A stretch of DNA of 64,000 nt from an uncultured Desulfatitalea sp. (lineage in GTDB: Bacteria > Desulfobacterota > Desulfobacteria > Desulfobacterales > Desulfosarcinaceae). The position numbers and the translations under genes are program-made. The notes beneath the pieces were generated by a model. That model saw only the letters and a program-made list of their open reading frames with translations. It was not told where the DNA came from and did not search any database. Positions within the stretch are counted from its first letter, which is position 1, and the number at the start of each line of letters is the position of its first letter. Positions 18,921 through 28,010 of the stretch are shown piece by piece. The stretch covers positions 3,136,001 to 3,200,000 of the forward strand of contig CAXXMB010000002.1 in the NCBI GenBank assembly GCA_963668675.2, read 5' to 3'.

Positions 18921-19352
18921 TCAGGGTTTACGCAGCGTAATCGCCTTCACCCTGGCTTCAATGATCTTCTCTTCATGCTGCCGCTTTTTGGCCGCCGCCT
19001 CCAAGACTTTTTCGACCAGCTCATCGGCGTTGCATGGCTTCAGGAGATAATCGAAGGCGCCCTTTTTCATCCCATCGATACCTGTCTCCACGGTGCCGTG
19101 GCCGGTGAGCATGATGACTTCTACCAAAGGGTGGTTGCTTTTGATCTTCCCAAGGGCCTCCATACCATCCATTACAGGCATTTTGATATCGAGTATAACG
19201 ACTTCAATCGTGCTATCCTGCGCCAGTTTCTCCAAAGCCTCCTGCCCGTTGTACGCCGGCACAATGTCTACTTCTCGTTTGTTGAGACGCTTGACCATGG
19301 TGTCCACAAAGGGCTTTTCATCGTCGACCAACATCACTTTTGCTATCGTCAT
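18921..19352 (-). CDS. Stand-alone response regulator
   Basis: MLVDDE, ILDIKMP, LTGHG, YLLKP. Confidence 0.92.
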   Translation of the reverse strand: MTIAKVMLVDDEKPFVDTMVKRLNKREVDIVPAYNGQEALEKLAQDSTIEVVILDIKMPVMDGMEALGKIKSNHPLVEVIMLTGHGTVETGIDGMKKGAFDYLLKPCNADELVEKVLEAAAKKRQHEEKIIEARVKAITLRKP

Positions 19353-21157
19353 GGTTTTATCTCCTCCGATTGTCGACGACCGTTTGCCGGGTCGTCCGGT
19401 TTGACTGAATCGCTTATGCTCTGCTTGAGCGGTTGGGCTTGAGCCCCTTTGCTTTGATTGACGGGGAGGCTGATCGTAAACGCCGTTCCTTTCTCCACTT
19501 CGCTTTGAACATCGATGTGGCCCCCCATCTTGTTGATGATGCCGTAGCAGATCGACAGCCCCAGTCCGGTCCCCTTGCCGACGGGTTTGGTCGTGAAGAA
19601 CGGATCGAAGATGCGCTGTAGGTTGGCCTGGGCAATACCGGGGCCGGTGTCTTCCAGGGTGATGACCACAACATCGTCATTGCGCTTTGAACGGATATTG
19701 ATTTCACCACCCGATTTTTCCATGGCATCCAACGCGTTGTTGACGATGTTTAACAGCACTTGCTGCAGCTCTGTTTCACTGGCCTGTATGTTCGGCAGAT
19801 TATTCTCGAAGTGTTTGTTGATTTTGATGTTGCTGTACTTGGACCGCTGCTCGGATAGATAGACCACCTCGTCCAAGGCGTCGTTGATCGAAACTTCCTG
19901 GATGCGCGAATCGGTTTTACGTGCAAAGCTGAGCAGCTTGTGAGTGATGTCTTTGCAGCGCTTGCCCTGGGTATGGATCTGGCGAAGGGCCCGGTGGATT
20001 TCATCCAGATTGTCGCTTTGCTCAATCGGAGGATTTTCCTCTTCCAGGAGGTCTTCGATCCACCCGGCTTCCTCGACCATGATGGCAACGGGGTTGTTGA
20101 TTTCGTGGGCGATGCCGGCGGCCAGTTCGCCGATGGAGGCCAGTTTCCCGGTTTCGATCACCTGCTGGGACATCATCTCACGCTCTTGATCGGCCTGGCT
20201 TTTTTCTCGATCCGCCTGGGAGATGCGCTTGATGAGGCCGCGGCTGAGCACAAGGCTGGTGCCGACGATAACCAAAGCGCCGGCCAGCATAATGATGATG
20301 GCGATGCGTTGGGTATCATAAAGCTCTGCATAAGCGTCCTTCAGATCCTGTTGAAGGATCATCATCCAATCCCCCTGTTTGAGATCGACAGATGCGTAAA
20401 TGATTTGATGGCCCTTTTGGTTCTTCTTTGTGATCACCGTCGGTGATTGGCCGAGCTTGTCGGGGGCCATCAGTTTAAGGATCATTTTGGGGTCTTCCGT
20501 TTCGGCGCTAGGTTTCGTCTGAAACTCACCGGTTTTGTTCAAAATGAAGGCAAAGCCGGTCTTCCCGATGCGAAGATTCTCAACGAGGTCGTTAAACGAG
20601 CGGAAATCGATGGTGGCTCTCAGAATCCAATGCCGGCCTTTATCTGATTGCCTAACCGAAATGATAAAGTGCGGTTCGGCCCGCAGCCCATAAAACACGT
20701 CACTCGTAAAATAGGTGGTTTCGATCGCTTTCTTAAACCAATCCGCTTCGGAGTAATCCGCATTGATCAGCGCGTGGGGGCCTGCGTATGAAACCTGAAT
20801 ACCCTCTTGGTTGATCAGTCCCAGATCGACGAAAACGCGGTCATACGATTGCTGAAGGTCGGAGAGTTTCTGTTTGATGAAATAGGGGTTGTTGAACGAA
20901 TCGAAACCAAAATTATAGGCCAGCAGTCGGATGTTGGCCAGTTTTTCCTTGAGGAAAAGGTTGATGTTTTTTTTATGGTGCCACGCCACCATCTCTAGAT
21001 GTGCGTTGACCTTTTGCCGATAGGAGGTCCTGAAGTTATCGAGTATAAAGATGCTGACGATGACCATGGGGGTTATCGACGCAATGAGAATGGTAAAGAT
21101 GATGTTGCGGAAAAAGGTGCGGTAGTATCGCTGTTGTAACGTCTCTTTGATTTCCAT
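19349..21157 (-). CDS. Membrane sensor histidine kinase with Cache-type sensor domain
   Basis: YAGP..WF..SDVFYGLRAEPHF sensor motif, AHEINNPV, FFTTKPVGKGTGLGL. Confidence 0.93.
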   Translation of the reverse strand: MEIKETLQQRYYRTFFRNIIFTILIASITPMVIVSIFILDNFRTSYRQKVNAHLEMVAWHHKKNINLFLKEKLANIRLLAYNFGFDSFNNPYFIKQKLSDLQQSYDRVFVDLGLINQEGIQVSYAGPHALINADYSEADWFKKAIETTYFTSDVFYGLRAEPHFIISVRQSDKGRHWILRATIDFRSFNDLVENLRIGKTGFAFILNKTGEFQTKPSAETEDPKMILKLMAPDKLGQSPTVITKKNQKGHQIIYASVDLKQGDWMMILQQDLKDAYAELYDTQRIAIIIMLAGALVIVGTSLVLSRGLIKRISQADREKSQADQEREMMSQQVIETGKLASIGELAAGIAHEINNPVAIMVEEAGWIEDLLEEENPPIEQSDNLDEIHRALRQIHTQGKRCKDITHKLLSFARKTDSRIQEVSINDALDEVVYLSEQRSKYSNIKINKHFENNLPNIQASETELQQVLLNIVNNALDAMEKSGGEINIRSKRNDDVVVITLEDTGPGIAQANLQRIFDPFFTTKPVGKGTGLGLSICYGIINKMGGHIDVQSEVEKGTAFTISLPVNQSKGAQAQPLKQSISDSVKPDDPANGRRQSEEIKP

Positions 21158-21280
21158 TCCGGCACATCCTTGTTGTGATTCCAGAGTGAGGCCTCAACGA
21201 TCTGAAATGCACGTGACATGCCATGAGGATTGTCGCCGCAATGAGTCGTTTCTGTCGAAAAAATAGATGCAATTTCAGAT

Positions 21281-21296
21281 AGCAAGCCTTTGGCCA
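21281..21296 (-). promoter_or_regulatory. Sigma54 -24/-12 promoter for the 21157->13029 operon
   Basis: Minus strand TGGCCAA-AGGC-TTGCT with correct spacing. Confidence 0.65.
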
Positions 21297-21342
21297 ATGC
21301 GGGGCGCGGTGCACTATGTGTGAGAGGAGGGATCGGCCGCGC

Positions 21343-21375
21343 GGGGCGTTTCTCCCCGCAGGGGTATAATGCCCC
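21343..21375. promoter_or_regulatory. Tandem GGGG-N7-CCCC palindromes, candidate activator binding sites
   Basis: GGGGcgtttctCCCC (21343-21357) and GGGGtataatgCCCC (21361-21375), just upstream of the sigma54 promoter. Confidence 0.5.
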
Positions 21376-21389
21376 GCTTGCAGGGCGGG

Positions 21390-22721
21390 CTATTTTTGAA
21401 TTTTCTTGACCTTTTCGCGCAGTGTTTTTCGGTCGATGCCTAAGATCTCGGCCGCTTTGGTTTTGTTGCCTTCCACGCCTGCCAGAACATTTAAAATATG
21501 CTCTGTTTCGACCTCTGACAACGATCTGCTACCTGTATGTGAGGTGCTGATATTGTAACGCATGGCCTCGGGTAGATCGCCGACATCGATGCGGTCATCG
21601 TCAATGATGACCAGCAGGCGCTGCAAGAGATTCTCCAGTTCGCGAATGTTGCCCGGCCAGCCATAGTTCATCAGGGCATTTAGGGCGCTGTCGGTAAATG
21701 CCGGCTGCTTGCGGTCCATATCACGGCAAAAATGGGAGACAAAGTGGTTGACCAGGGCGGGCACGTCCTCTTTTCGCTCCCGCAGCGGTGGGATCGGTAT
21801 ATCGATGATGTTCAAACGGTAATAGAGGTCTTCCCTGAAAAGTTTTTTGTGGACCAGGCTCGGCAGGTCCTTATGGGTGGCGGCAATGATACGGGTGTCG
21901 ACCTTGCGCACCTGGCTGGAGCCGACCATGAAGATCTCTTTGCTTTGGATGGTTCTCAGCATCTTTCCCTGGAGGTTCAAGCTGGCATCGCCGATCTCGT
22001 CCAGAAAGATGGTGCCGTTGTGCGCGACCTGGAAAAAGCCTTCGCGTGAAACGTTGGCGCCGGTAAAGGCGCCCTTCACATGGCCGAACAGCTCGCTTTC
22101 GAGCAGGCTGTCGGGTATGGCCGTGCAGTTTACCGGGACGAACGGCGCGGCCGAACGGGGGCCTTCGTAGTGGATGGCGCGGGCCACCAGCTCTTTACCG
22201 GTGCCGCTTTCACCCGAGATCAGAACATTGGCGCTCAGGGCCGCTGCCTTGGCGATCATCTTGAATACCTGCTGCATGCCCGGCGAGTTGCCCACGATAC
22301 CGTGAGAAGTGATCGGTTCGCTATCGGTCTGGACACTCCGCCGGCGTTCGAGCTTCTCTAGTGCCTGCCCAACCGCTGTAAGCAGCTCCTGCTCGGTGAA
22401 TGGTTTGGCCAGGTAGGCTTCAGCCCCCTTCTTGACCGCTTCCACCGCGCCGTCGATGGTGGCGTAGCCGGTCACCATGATGACCGCCGCGTCCCGATGA
22501 TTTTCATGGATATATTGGATAAGCTCCATGCCGCTGTGTTTGGGCATTTTGTAGTCGGTGATGACAAGGTCGATGGGAACCCGGTTCAATGCGCTCACCG
22601 CCTCCACCGCACTCTGGCAGGTTTTGACATCGTACCCGGCATTTTGCAGTATCCGCTGGATCACCTCCAGGGTGTTGGGATTGTCGTCGACCGCCAGCAG
22701 TCTGATATTTTGGATTTTCAT
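21390..22721 (-). CDS. Sigma54-dependent NtrC/AtoC-family response regulator
   Basis: REC, GESGTGKE, GAFTGA, FLDEIGD, WPGNIREL, HTH GNKTKAAEILGIDRKTL. Confidence 0.96.
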   Translation of the reverse strand: MKIQNIRLLAVDDNPNTLEVIQRILQNAGYDVKTCQSAVEAVSALNRVPIDLVITDYKMPKHSGMELIQYIHENHRDAAVIMVTGYATIDGAVEAVKKGAEAYLAKPFTEQELLTAVGQALEKLERRRSVQTDSEPITSHGIVGNSPGMQQVFKMIAKAAALSANVLISGESGTGKELVARAIHYEGPRSAAPFVPVNCTAIPDSLLESELFGHVKGAFTGANVSREGFFQVAHNGTIFLDEIGDASLNLQGKMLRTIQSKEIFMVGSSQVRKVDTRIIAATHKDLPSLVHKKLFREDLYYRLNIIDIPIPPLRERKEDVPALVNHFVSHFCRDMDRKQPAFTDSALNALMNYGWPGNIRELENLLQRLLVIIDDDRIDVGDLPEAMRYNISTSHTGSRSLSEVETEHILNVLAGVEGNKTKAAEILGIDRKTLREKVKKIQK

Positions 22722-22748
22722 TGCCTGTCCGATTCGTGCGTTGCCGGT

Positions 22749-24227
22749 TTAATGGGATGCCTTGTGCCGCGGAAGGGTGATCCGGAACACCGATCCTTCC
22801 CCCTCTTTGCTCTGCACCGACACCTTGCCGCCGTGTTCCTCTACGATGCCGTATACGACCGCCAGACCCAGCCCCGTGCCCTGGTCCACCTCTTTGGTGG
22901 TGAAAAACGGGAGAAAGATTTTATCGAAAATTTCACGCTGTATGCCGGCCCCGTTGTCCCGGACCGATAAATAAACGGTGTTGCCGTCCGAGCCGGTGCG
23001 GATGGTCAGCCGCCCCCCATGGGGCATGGCATGGATGGCATTGACGACCAGATTGACCAGCACCTGATTGAGTTGGGCCGAGTCTCCTACGATGGACGGC
23101 AGGTCGGGCTGAAGATCGAGGGCCACCTCGATGTCGTTTTTTGCGCAGCGGAACTCGATAAAATCGAGCCATTCGGCGACAATGGCGTTGAGGTCGACTT
23201 CGGTCTGCATGGGGTGGCTCTGTCGGCTGAAAAGCAATATTCTTTTTATCACCTCCCTGGCATATAGGGAGGATTTCACGATGCGAACGAGGTCCTGGTA
23301 GGTCTCATCGGGCAGATCGGGACGTCGTGATGCCAGTTGGGCGAATCCGAGGATGTCGGTTAACGGGTTGTTGAGTTCATGGGCGATGCCGGCGGCCAGT
23401 TCGCCCACCGATACCAGCCGGTCGGCGTGCATGAGCTGGTCCTGCATCTCCCGCTTTTCCAGTTTGAAGGCCAGCTGCCGGGCCACATCTATTAGCAGTT
23501 GGTGCTCCTTCTCATTGAAGTCGACCTTCTTCCGGTCGGCCGGCGGATGGTGAAGGCGATAGCCGACTTCGACACAGCCGCGCTCCTCCCCCCTGACAAT
23601 GACCTGTTCGGTGATGCGTTTGTCCGCCTCTTCAAAACCAGGGGTCTTGTAGGAGACACCGTCCAGAAGGATGTGGACCGAGGCCCGGCGGGGATAGCGC
23701 AACGCGGGCAACAGCAGTTGGGCGATGAGTGCCAGTTTGTCGTCGAAGCTGCGTCCCACTTCAACAATGATCTGTGAGATGCCGTAAAGGCAGGTCATCA
23801 GCTTGTTGCGTTCGACCAGGCGGTGATGCTCGGCCATCAGCCGCTCTTCGTTGGCCATGCGCTGGGACATTGCCCGGCCGACACCGATCAGATATGGCCT
23901 GTCATCACCGGGTGCCTCCATACGTTGGAATTGCCACTCGAGGTAGAGGGGCGTGCCGTTCGCATCTGTGACCCAGTTCAGGTGGCGGCCATGGCCACCG
24001 GTCAGCAGCAGTTGATCGAAGAACTCCCGGCTTGATGGTTGCCCCTCCATCGCTTCGAACAGGTCATACCACCGGTCCCCAAGGGGCTGAAGATGCGCCA
24101 GGCGATCGCAATCCTCCAGCAGGCAGTGCAAGACCCGGATGCGGCCATCGCCGGATATCTGTACGAAAACGCCCTGAATGGTTTCCAACAGGAGTGCGTT
24201 TTCCGATGTGAATTTGTCGAATTCCAT
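22749..24227 (-). CDS. Cytoplasmic sensor histidine kinase (PAS/GAF-like N-terminus)
   Basis: AHELNNPL, NLVVNA, FFTTKEVDQGTGLGL; no TM; directly upstream of its likely cognate RR. Confidence 0.9.
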   Translation of the reverse strand: MEFDKFTSENALLLETIQGVFVQISGDGRIRVLHCLLEDCDRLAHLQPLGDRWYDLFEAMEGQPSSREFFDQLLLTGGHGRHLNWVTDANGTPLYLEWQFQRMEAPGDDRPYLIGVGRAMSQRMANEERLMAEHHRLVERNKLMTCLYGISQIIVEVGRSFDDKLALIAQLLLPALRYPRRASVHILLDGVSYKTPGFEEADKRITEQVIVRGEERGCVEVGYRLHHPPADRKKVDFNEKEHQLLIDVARQLAFKLEKREMQDQLMHADRLVSVGELAAGIAHELNNPLTDILGFAQLASRRPDLPDETYQDLVRIVKSSLYAREVIKRILLFSRQSHPMQTEVDLNAIVAEWLDFIEFRCAKNDIEVALDLQPDLPSIVGDSAQLNQVLVNLVVNAIHAMPHGGRLTIRTGSDGNTVYLSVRDNGAGIQREIFDKIFLPFFTTKEVDQGTGLGLAVVYGIVEEHGGKVSVQSKEGEGSVFRITLPRHKASH

Positions 24228-24391
24228 TTATTCTGCTGAACTATAGGAAAAAATCTCGTTTTTCAAGACGCGCATACGGTTTGGCATCTCAACTGCTGTC
24301 CGTTTCGCCGAGGGGTCGATGGATGAACAGACAACCGATTGCGACAGATGACTTGTCGGGGGCCTGCCTGATTGGCGTCGATTCGGCTTTT

Positions 24392-24604
24392 CTATTTGTC
24401 TTGAGAAGACTTTCGTGTCCAAAAAACCGTCAATGCACCTACCAAAACACCAACCAGGAAAGCGCCGGCCAGCATAATGACCCGTGGTGCGGAGATAGTG
24501 AAGAAAAGAATTTGGGTATCCACCCGCTGGGTGTTCTGCAGAAAAACAATCAACACCAGGATGGAGATGACGGCAATGATAATGGCCTTTGTTTTGTTTT
24601 TCAT
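24392..24604 (-). CDS. Small LapA/DUF1049-like membrane protein
   Basis: 70 aa, two TM helices, FLQNTQ.V...LF motif. Confidence 0.7.
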   Translation of the reverse strand: MKNKTKAIIIAVISILVLIVFLQNTQRVDTQILFFTISAPRVIMLAGAFLVGVLVGALTVFWTRKSSQDK

Positions 24605-24718
24605 TTTTGAAAGTTCCTTATGAAGAGAGAACGAACCCTTGAAATTCAAATTCGAAAAAGGTTGCGAATAGATACCGCCGGGTGCGGCGGGACTGCCAAG
24701 CCCTGCTCGGAAAATGGG

Positions 24719-25786
24719 TCATATCCATTTTTTCCGCTTGAAAAAAACAAGCATGGCAATGGCGATAGCGGCAACAATCGCCCATATAGCGGCGTAGCCC
24801 CAGCGCCAGTGCAGCTCGGGCATGTGATCAAAGTTCATGCCGTAGATGCCGGCCACGAAGGTCATCGGGATAAAGATGGTGGCGATGATGGTCAGCACCT
24901 TCATCACCTCGTTCATGCGGTTGCTTACTGTGGACATGTATAGCTCGAGCAGCCCGCCCAACATGTCGCGGTAGATTTCGACGGTGTCCAACACCTGGAT
25001 CACATGGTCGTAGACATCCACCAGGAAGACATGGGTGGAGGGTTGTATGCGTTCAAACTCCCCCCGGCTCAATAGCCCGACCATTTCGCGCAGTGGCCAG
25101 ATCTGCTTGCGCAAATGGAGCGCTTCCCTTCTCAGATGGTGAATGGCTTGCAGCGTCTGTTTGCCCGGGAGCTCTCCCAGGAGCTCTCCCTCAAGGTTTT
25201 CAATCTGCTCTCCAAGCTGTTCAAGGATCAGATAGTAGTTGTCGACCACCGCATCGATCAGCGCATAGGTGAGATAGTCGCACCCGCTGTTCCGGATACG
25301 TCCCTTTCCTTTTCGAATACGCTCGCGCACCGAATCGAAAACATCCCCCGGTGCCTCTTGAAAAGAGACTAAAAAGCGGGATCCAAGTATCAGACTGATC
25401 TGTTCCGAGATGATCCTCTCTTTTGTCTCGTCGTAGTGAAGCATTTTCATCACTAAGTAGAGGTAGGTGTCGAACTCCTCGACCTTGGGGCGGTGGGCTG
25501 TGTTGACGATATCTTCCAAGGTCAGGGGATGGATGCCGAACGTGGCACCAAACCTTTCCAGCAGCGCGATATCGTGAATGCCGGTGACATTGATCCAGCT
25601 GGTGCCCGGCCGGTCGCGAAGCGGAGCGATCTGCTCGGCGTCTGTCACTTCACGTTCATCCAGGTGATCGGCAGTGAAATCCATAACCGAAATGAGAGGG
25701 CGATCGGTCTTTTGCTCGCCGACGAAGACCAGGGTGCCCGGTGGCCGTCCAATTTTTCTTTTGCGTGTTTTGACATGTTTGGTCAT
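24719..25786 (-). CDS. corA: Magnesium/cobalt transporter CorA
   Basis: KIGRPPGTLV N-terminus, HPLTLEDI, signature YGMNF..MPEL.W; start 25786 or 25804. Confidence 0.95.
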   Translation of the reverse strand: MTKHVKTRKRKIGRPPGTLVFVGEQKTDRPLISVMDFTADHLDEREVTDAEQIAPLRDRPGTSWINVTGIHDIALLERFGATFGIHPLTLEDIVNTAHRPKVEEFDTYLYLVMKMLHYDETKERIISEQISLILGSRFLVSFQEAPGDVFDSVRERIRKGKGRIRNSGCDYLTYALIDAVVDNYYLILEQLGEQIENLEGELLGELPGKQTLQAIHHLRREALHLRKQIWPLREMVGLLSRGEFERIQPSTHVFLVDVYDHVIQVLDTVEIYRDMLGGLLELYMSTVSNRMNEVMKVLTIIATIFIPMTFVAGIYGMNFDHMPELHWRWGYAAIWAIVAAIAIAMLVFFKRKKWI

Positions 25787-26318
25787 GGGAGCACCTTTCG
25801 GCATTGGTCCTTTACATGTTTGAAAAAGCGTTGTCAGAAACTAGGCCGATGATAGTCTCAATAGCGTTTCTTGTAAAGAATTCGGCATTGAGGCCAGCGG
25901 AAGCCTCCTGGTCGCGAATGAAGCGCACAAAGAGGGTGATCCACCGTCGCGGAAGCGACAGATCAGTTCTGACAGACAAAAGCCTCCGCGATATGTCCAG
26001 TGCAGATGAGCAATCGTCAAATCCCCTCCCACCAGTCCATCGGATATCGCTTCTTACCGGTTTTGATTACAGCCTTCCCAACCAAATTAATTCATTCCAT
26101 CGCGTACTGTTTGACGTCCGGTAGTGGGTGCTATCGGGCAGCTATATGATATGACGACATGCTATGTATCACACTGACACATCGCCATAAAGTACAACCC
26201 AAAAACCTGGGGTTTGTCTCGTGGAAGTTTTGTTTTCCTCGGCGGCTGTTCTCGGTTAAGCAATTTTCGGGCATCTGTTATAATATTATGAATCCGGCAA
26301 CTCAAACGATCAACAGAG

Positions 26319-26411
26319 GTCATTCCGGCGAAAGCTGGGCACGCAGTTAAGCCGTAGAGCCATCCAGGCGATTAAAGGATTGCGGATCATGTCCGGGATG
26401 ACGAAGGTTGG
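26319..26411 (+). repeat. Short palindromic intergenic repeat (REP/MITE-like), copy 1
   Basis: GTCATTCCGGCGAAAGCTGG...GGATGACGAAGGTTGG, similar to 30035-30121 and to the reverse complement of 48067-48136. Confidence 0.75.
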
Positions 26412-26833
26412 TTTATTTATTTGCCCTTTTCGCAACGATGGGCCTATCTATAACAAGGTAGATGGCCATAGGCCGTATCACATTGTGCTTGAAACCACAG
26501 AGGGATGTTACCCTTAAAATTCTCTTTTCTCTGTGCACTTTGTGGTGAAATGTCCATTTTTCGATGCCCTTTATTTGGTAGATAGAACCGAATAGCAATG
26601 AGCTTAAGCAAGCAATTGCCCCCTCATCCGAGGACACTATGGCGCGTCATCTTTTTTCGCCGATGGCGGAAAGCCGACAAGGCCAAACGGGTCATTCGCT
26701 ATGCGTTGTTGATTTGAACAGCAACTCTGGCCCTGCTGCCGCCAACGTTTCTGGTCCGGCGGAAAGAGGATTGCCACCGTGTGAATGACCGTATGGGGTT
26801 TCGAGTAAAACGATTTATCTAAGGGGGGGATCC

Positions 26834-27874
26834 ATGCCATCGGGTGCCGTAATCGACATCACCATTTGGTTGGGCATTGCCGTTTGTATCTCCCAATCGG
26901 CTATGTTTTCGGGAATGAATCTGGCGGTGTTCAGTATCAGCCGGCTGAGACTCGAAGCCGAGGCCGCCGGTGGAAACGCCGATGCCCGTCGATTGTTGGA
27001 AATGCGCCAGGACGCAAATTTTTTATTGACCACCATTTTGTGGGGCAATGTGGGCATCAATGTTCTCTTAACCCTGCTGTCCGATTCGGTAATGGCAGGC
27101 TTGCTTGCCTTCTTGTTTTCAACCTTTCTGATTACATTTGCCGGTGAGATTTTGCCTCAAGCCTATTTTTCCAGGCACGCCTTGCGAATGGCCGCGCTGC
27201 TAGGACCGGTGCTAAGGGTTTACCAGATTATTCTCTATCCGTTCGCCAAGCCCTGCGCTTTGCTGCTCGACCGTTGGTTGGGCCCTGAAGGGTTGCAGTA
27301 CTTTCGGGAGCGCGATTTGCGAGAAGTCATCAAGATACACATGACGGGTGATGGCAGTGACGTGGGGCAGGTCGAGGGGGTTGGGGCAATCAATTTTCTG
27401 GCTTTCGACGACGTTCAGGCCGGCCAGGAAGGTGAACCGATTGCCCCTGAAAGCGTGCTTTCCATACCGCTGGACGAAGGAGGTTTGCCAGTTTTCCCAA
27501 AAATTTCAAATGGGTGTTCAGATGCTTTTCTCAAAAAAATAAACCGCTCAGGAAAGAAGTGGGCTGTTCTCGTTGATGCACAGGGGGCACCTCAATTTGT
27601 ACTCGATGTCGATGGTTATATTCGTACTGCGCTATTGCAGTGTGATTCACCCTCAGGCTATGTTCACTGTCACCGGCCCATCGTGGTGACTGACGCCGGG
27701 ATGAAGCTTGGGGCGTTAGTGGAGCAATTCAAGGTGTTTAAAGAGGCGCCGGACGATGATGTGATCGACCATGACATTATCCTGGTGTGGGCGCACGAAA
27801 AGCGAATCATTACCGGAGCGGATCTGCTCGGCAGACTGATGCGAGGTATTACAAAGGTGAAGGTGGCCGAATAA
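26834..27874 (+). CDS. DUF21/CNNM transmembrane-domain protein (CorB/CorC-related)
   Basis: SAMFSGMNLA, LLTTILWGNV, GEILPQA motifs. Confidence 0.85.
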   Translation: MPSGAVIDITIWLGIAVCISQSAMFSGMNLAVFSISRLRLEAEAAGGNADARRLLEMRQDANFLLTTILWGNVGINVLLTLLSDSVMAGLLAFLFSTFLITFAGEILPQAYFSRHALRMAALLGPVLRVYQIILYPFAKPCALLLDRWLGPEGLQYFRERDLREVIKIHMTGDGSDVGQVEGVGAINFLAFDDVQAGQEGEPIAPESVLSIPLDEGGLPVFPKISNGCSDAFLKKINRSGKKWAVLVDAQGAPQFVLDVDGYIRTALLQCDSPSGYVHCHRPIVVTDAGMKLGALVEQFKVFKEAPDDDVIDHDIILVWAHEKRIITGADLLGRLMRGITKVKVAE

Positions 27875-28010
27875 AACAACTTCCCCCCAAGATAGAATCA
27901 TCGCGATCCGGATATCGGGCTGATGGCAGCAGGGAGGGAAGCGGTCACCGGACAGATAGCGTCAAACCTGCAAAGCCGATCATGGGCAATTGATGAAGGC
28001 AGGAGGGCCA

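Noticed and set aside
25841..26840. Short ORFs in the corA-DUF21 intergenic region
   Set aside because: No convincing RBS or motifs, conflicting frames, and partial overlap with a repeat element.
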